From assembly GCA_002919305.1 (NCBI GenBank), contig PKFB01000015.1, positions 793-64,792 of the forward strand: a DNA stretch of 64,000 nt, read 5' to 3'. The notes under the pieces were generated by a model. The model was given only the letters and a program-made list of their open reading frames with translations. It was not told the DNA's origin and did not search any database. The DNA comes from Actinomycetales bacterium. GTDB lineage: Bacteria; Actinomycetota; Actinomycetes; Mycobacteriales; Micromonosporaceae. A program made the position numbers and the translations under genes. Positions 59,635 to 64,000 of the stretch are shown here, one piece after another. Positions within the stretch are counted from its first letter, which is position 1, and every line of letters starts with the position of its first letter.

Positions 59635-59793
59635 GTCCAGCGCCACGCTGTGGTGCGATCTACCTTGTGTTTCGTTGCGCTGTTTAGGAAAAGTCAGCGC
59701 AGTAAAGCCTGTCGCCATACCCCGTGGCCCGGCTTTGAGCGATGCTGAGCGCAGCATCCCGGTTGATGATCCGGTTGATGAAGGGAGCCCACG

Positions 59794-61992
59794 GTGCCAG
59801 CCACGACCGTCAGCCGTGACGAGCTGGAGCGCCTCATATCCGGTGCGCATCACGACCCCCACGCGATCCTTGGCGCACATCCCACCGGCGACGGCACCGT
59901 GATTCGAGCCCTACGCCGAGGCGCGGAGTCGGTCACCGTCCTGTACCCGGACTCCACGCGGTACCCGATGCGACGGATCCACGATGTGGGCGTGTTCGAG
60001 GTCGAGGTACCCGGCTCACCGAATGACTACCGGCTTGAGATCACCGACGGCTTCGGCACCCGGGTGGTCGACGATCCCTACCGGTGGCTGCCCACCCTCG
60101 GCGAGATGGACCTACACCTGATCTCCGAGGGCCGACACGAAAAGCTGTGGCAGGTCCTCGGGGCTCACCTGCGGACCTACCAGACCCCTCAGGGGCCGGT
60201 GGCGGGTACCTCGTTCGCCGTGTGGGCTCCCAACGCCCGCGGGGTCCGGGTGATCGGCGACTTCATCGGCTGGGGCCCGTATGACGGATGGCCCATGCGC
60301 TCTATGGGGTCCTCCGGGATCTGGGAGATCTTCGTTCCCGAGGCCGGCCCCGGAGCCTGCTACAAATACCGCATTCTGGGCCCGGACGGTACGTGGCATG
60401 AGCGGGCCGATCCGCTCGCCCAAGCCACCGAGGTACCCCCGCGTACCGCCTCCCGCATCTACCAATCCCGCTATCAGTGGGGGGATGAGGAGTGGATGCG
60501 GCAGCGGGCGCGGACCCAGTGGCACAAGAGCCCCATGTCGATCTACGAGGTGCACCTCGGCTCGTGGCGGCCGGGCCTGACCTACCGTCAGCTCGCCGAT
60601 GAGCTGGTCGCCTACGTCACGGACTTGGGTTTTACGCACGTCGAGCTGCTCCCGATCGCCGAGCACCCCTTCGGGGGCTCATGGGGCTATCAGGTCACTA
60701 GCTATTACGCGCCCACCGCGCGCTACGGGGAGCCCGATGACCTGCGGTACCTGATCGACCGGCTGCACCAGGCGGGCATCGGCGTGATCCTGGACTGGGT
60801 GCCGGCCCACTTCCCCCGGGACGACTGGGCCCTGGCCCGTTTCGACGGCACCCCCTGCTATGAGAACGCAGATCCACGCCGCAGCGAACACCCCGACTGG
60901 GGCACCTACGTGTTCGACTACGGCCGGCGTGAGGTTCGCAATTTCCTCGTCGCCAACGCCCTGTACTGGTGCGAGGAATTCCACGTCGACGGGCTACGGG
61001 TCGACGCTGTCGCCTCCATGCTCTACCTGGACTACTCCCGCAAACCCGGCGAGTGGGTTCCCAACGTCTACGGCGGCCGGGAGAACCTGGACGCCATCTC
61101 ATTCCTGCAGGAGATGAACGCCACCGTCTACCGATACAACCCAGGCGTCATCACCATCGCCGAGGAATCCACCGCCTGGCCAGGGGTCACCAGGCCGACT
61201 CACCTTGGCGGTCTGGGCTTCGGCTTTAAGTGGAACATGGGCTGGATGCACGACACCCTGACCTACGTCTCCAAGGACCCCATCTATCGGCAGTACCACC
61301 ACCATCAGATGACGTTCTCGATGATGTACGCCTGGAGCGAGAACTTCATCCTGCCGATCAGCCACGACGAGGTGGTTCACCTCAAGGGGTCGCTGTACGG
61401 CAAGATGCCCGGGGACCACTGGCAGAAGCTGGCTAACCTGCGGGCGCTGCTGGCGTACATGTGGGCGCACCCCGGCAAGCAGCTGCTGTTCTCCGGGTGC
61501 GAGTTCGCCCAGCCCTCCGAATGGAGCGAACAACATGGCCTGGAATGGTCGGCGCTGCAGGAGCCGGACCGGGCGGCCGTGCAGCAGCTCGTCCGCGATC
61601 TGAACCGGATCTACCGGGAATCTCCCGCGCTGTGGAGCCAGGACACCACCCCGGACGGCTTCCGATGGATCGACGCCAACGACGCCACCGGGAACGTCTT
61701 CTCCTTCCTGCGCTGGGGGTCGGACGGTTCGGTCCTGGCGTGCGTGGCAAACTTCGCCGGCATTCCACACGAGAACTACCGGTTGGGTCTGCCCTGGGCG
61801 GGCCGGTGGGAGGAGATCCTCAACACCGACGCCGAGGCCTACGGCGGCTCCGGGTGGGGGAACTACGGCGCCGTGGAGGCCGTGGAGGAGCCGATGCACG
61901 GCGAACCGTGCAGCGCCACCCTCCACCTGCCTCCACTCGGCACTCTCTGGCTGCGACCGGCCAAACCGGACCGTTCTCGGCGGCACCGCTAA
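59794..61992 (+). CDS. glgB: 1,4-alpha-glucan branching enzyme GlgB (GH13_9)
   Basis: [70 protein letters not shown] start with AAGGGAG upstream. Confidence 0.9.
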   Translation: MPATTVSRDELERLISGAHHDPHAILGAHPTGDGTVIRALRRGAESVTVLYPDSTRYPMRRIHDVGVFEVEVPGSPNDYRLEITDGFGTRVVDDPYRWLPTLGEMDLHLISEGRHEKLWQVLGAHLRTYQTPQGPVAGTSFAVWAPNARGVRVIGDFIGWGPYDGWPMRSMGSSGIWEIFVPEAGPGACYKYRILGPDGTWHERADPLAQATEVPPRTASRIYQSRYQWGDEEWMRQRARTQWHKSPMSIYEVHLGSWRPGLTYRQLADELVAYVTDLGFTHVELLPIAEHPFGGSWGYQVTSYYAPTARYGEPDDLRYLIDRLHQAGIGVILDWVPAHFPRDDWALARFDGTPCYENADPRRSEHPDWGTYVFDYGRREVRNFLVANALYWCEEFHVDGLRVDAVASMLYLDYSRKPGEWVPNVYGGRENLDAISFLQEMNATVYRYNPGVITIAEESTAWPGVTRPTHLGGLGFGFKWNMGWMHDTLTYVSKDPIYRQYHHHQMTFSMMYAWSENFILPISHDEVVHLKGSLYGKMPGDHWQKLANLRALLAYMWAHPGKQLLFSGCEFAQPSEWSEQHGLEWSALQEPDRAAVQQLVRDLNRIYRESPALWSQDTTPDGFRWIDANDATGNVFSFLRWGSDGSVLACVANFAGIPHENYRLGLPWAGRWEEILNTDAEAYGGSGWGNYGAVEAVEEPMHGEPCSATLHLPPLGTLWLRPAKPDRSRRHR

Positions 61993-62089
61993 GGACAACC
62001 CGGCACCTCCGGGTGAGACGGTGCCGCCGAGGAGCTGTCACGACCAGCCGATGGGCTTGCGACCGGTGGGCGCTCAGGCGCTTAACCGC

Positions 62090-64000
62090 TCAGGACGCCA
62101 CAGAGGACTGCACCAGGGTGCGGATCTGCCGCAGCAGCACCGACAACGCCGCCAGATCCGCCCGGGAGTCCTCGAACTCTCCGATGGCGTTACGCACCCG
62201 CGTGATGCTGGAGGCGTTCTGCTGCTCCCACCGGTCCACTCGGGACTCGGCGGACTCGTCGGGCGGCGTCTCCGCCAGCACTTCGCTGGTGAGCGCCGCG
62301 AGCGCTGCGTACAGGTCATAGCGCAGCGCCATCCGCGCCAGGGTCTGCCACCGGTCCTCACGAGGCAAGGCCGCGACGCTCTCCAAAAGATCGTCCACCC
62401 GGAACCGGGCCGACAGCACGTAGTACACCCCGGCCACCTCGACGACGTCCCGGGCGGTGGAGTGCGCCACTCGCACGATGTCCAGCAAGCCGAACCCGTA
62501 CATCAGGCGGGTGGTCCAGTCGGCGAGCTCCTCCGGTACGCCGACCGCGACCAGTCCCGCGGTGTGGCGGCGCAGCGCCTCGCGCTCCCGCCCCTGGAAT
62601 AGGCTTCCAAGCTCGGGTAGCAACTTGGCCACCCCAGGCCGGAAGCGGGTGATCTCAGCCTCCACGTCCAAGGGGGTACGCCGGTTCTGGACCAACCACC
62701 GCACGGCGCGGTCCACCAGCCGCCGCACCTCCAGACGCACGGTGGTCTGAGCCGCGGCGGGGATCTGGTTATCCAGCGCCTCGACCGCCCGCCACAGGTC
62801 GGTCAGGCCGAACACCTCACGCACCACCATGTACGCCCGCAGCACATCGGTGGGGTCGGCGCCGGTCTCCTCCACCGCGCGGTAGACGAACGTGATACCG
62901 CACCGGTTGACCACTTCGTTGACCAGTTGTGTGGTGACGATCTCGCGGCGCAGCGGGTGCTCGGCCATCAGATCCGCGTACCGCTCCCGCAGCGGAGTGG
63001 GGAAGTACTCCTCCAACAGGCCGCGGGTCCACTCCTCATCCGGGAGCCCGGAGGCGATGACCTCGTCCTCCAGAGTGATCTTGACGTGGGCGATCAGCAC
63101 CGCAAACTCGGGCGAGGTCAGCCCGACATCGGCGCGCTCATCCAGCTCTTCCTCGGTAGGCAGCGCCTCCAATTCCCGGTCGATCCGGCCGCTGCGCTCC
63201 AGATCGGTGATCAGGCGCCGGTGCACCGGCAGCAGCGCTGCCGCCTGGGCCCGGGAGTTGGCCAGCGCGGTCGCCTGCTCATAGTTGGTCCGCAGCACCA
63301 GGGCGGCGACCTCGTCGGTCATCTCGGCGAGCAGCTCATTGCGCTGGTCGGGATCCAGGTCCCCAGTGGCCATGGCGCGGCTGAGCAGGATCTTGATGTT
63401 GACCTCGTGGTCGGAGCAGTCCACGCCGGCCGAGTTGTCGATGAAGTCGGTGTTGATCCGGCCTCCCGCCAGCGCGTACTCGATCCGGCCGCGCTGTGTG
63501 AAGCCGAGGTTGCCGCCCTCACCGACCACCCGGCACCGCAACTGCCGCCCGTTGACCCGGACCGCGTCATTGGCCTTGTCGCCTACATCGGCGTGCGACT
63601 CGTCCGTGGCCTTGACGTAGGTCCCGATCCCGCCGTTCCACAACAGGTCGACGGGGGCCCGCAGAATCGCCTTGATCAACTCCGGGGGCGACAACTCGGT
63701 GACGGACGGCTCCAGGCCGAGCACAGTACGCGCCTGCGAAGAGATCGGGATCAATTTCGCGGTCCGGGGCCACACGCCACCGCCCGGGCTGATCAACGCT
63801 GGGTTGTAGTCGGCCCAGCTGGAGCGGGGCAGGTGGAACAGGCGTTGCCGCTCGGCGTACGACACCTCTGGATCCGGGTCGGGGTCGATGAAGATGTGCC
63901 GGTGGTCGAAAGCGGCCACCAGGCGGATGTGGCGGGAGCACAGCATCCCGTTCCCGAAGACATCGCCGGACATGTCGCCGATACCGACCACGGTGAAGTC
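62090..64000 (-). CDS. gdh: Large NAD-specific glutamate dehydrogenase (Bac_GDH family), C-terminal ~636 codons; 5' end lies outside the window
   Basis: The frame is open to base 64000 (FTVVGIGDMSGDVFGNGMLCSRHIRLVAAFDHRHIFIDP...). The long helical C-terminal region is typical of the roughly 1600-aa NAD-GDH. Confidence 0.85.
   Translation of the reverse strand, partial: DFTVVGIGDMSGDVFGNGMLCSRHIRLVAAFDHRHIFIDPDPDPEVSYAERQRLFHLPRSSWADYNPALISPGGGVWPRTAKLIPISSQARTVLGLEPSVTELSPPELIKAILRAPVDLLWNGGIGTYVKATDESHADVGDKANDAVRVNGRQLRCRVVGEGGNLGFTQRGRIEYALAGGRINTDFIDNSAGVDCSDHEVNIKILLSRAMATGDLDPDQRNELLAEMTDEVAALVLRTNYEQATALANSRAQAAALLPVHRRLITDLERSGRIDRELEALPTEEELDERADVGLTSPEFAVLIAHVKITLEDEVIASGLPDEEWTRGLLEEYFPTPLRERYADLMAEHPLRREIVTTQLVNEVVNRCGITFVYRAVEETGADPTDVLRAYMVVREVFGLTDLWRAVEALDNQIPAAAQTTVRLEVRRLVDRAVRWLVQNRRTPLDVEAEITRFRPGVAKLLPELGSLFQGREREALRRHTAGLVAVGVPEELADWTTRLMYGFGLLDIVRVAHSTARDVVEVAGVYYVLSARFRVDDLLESVAALPREDRWQTLARMALRYDLYAALAALTSEVLAETPPDESAESRVDRWEQQNASSITRVRNAIGEFEDSRADLAALSVLLRQIRTLVQSSVAS

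Overview
High-GC (about two-thirds G+C by eye) actinobacterial chromosome segment with about 50 genes and no transposase, integrase, CRISPR, rRNA or tRNA that I can see. The cellulase and its operator boxes suggest a Thermobifida/Thermomonospora-like organism, but that taxon call is inference only.

Gene content, left to right:
- etfB (cut by the window edge).
- A secreted GH9-CBM3c-Fn3-CBM2 cellulase with two perfect CelR/CebR boxes.
- A DUF849/BKACE enzyme, an Rv3032-like GT4 glucosyltransferase and an OmpR-type two-component system.
- A TPP enzyme, acetyltransferase, methyltransferase and enoyl-CoA hydratase block.
- A long, largely translationally coupled minus-strand operon: LacI regulator, sugar ABC importer, two ADP-ribosylglycohydrolase-family proteins, a ribokinase-like kinase, a TIM-barrel/FGE-sulfatase-domain fusion, a CaiB-type CoA-transferase and a CitE-like lyase.
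- tam, then ABC/ABC-2 exporter genes coupled to glgX.
- An island flanked on its glgX side by AT-richer non-coding DNA that carries a RamC/AmfT-type class III lanthipeptide cluster: HisKA_3 kinase, lanKC, two unannotated precursor genes, two ABC exporters and a convergent LuxR response regulator.
- A P450, glgP, a ROK regulator and a GH3 NagZ-like enzyme.
- The GlgE pathway (glgE-treS-pep2 ... glgB), interrupted by a WhiJ-like XRE/DUF397 module.
- The 3' part of a large NAD-glutamate dehydrogenase gene.

Best candidates for something new:
1. The two-precursor SapB-like lanthipeptide island. It has an unusual His/Ser/Gly-rich second core, marked TTA-codon enrichment, and a sensor kinase and regulator split around it.
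2. The ARH/kinase/FGE-fusion/CoA catabolic operon, which matches no pathway I know.

All family calls come from reading the translated motifs. No database search was possible.
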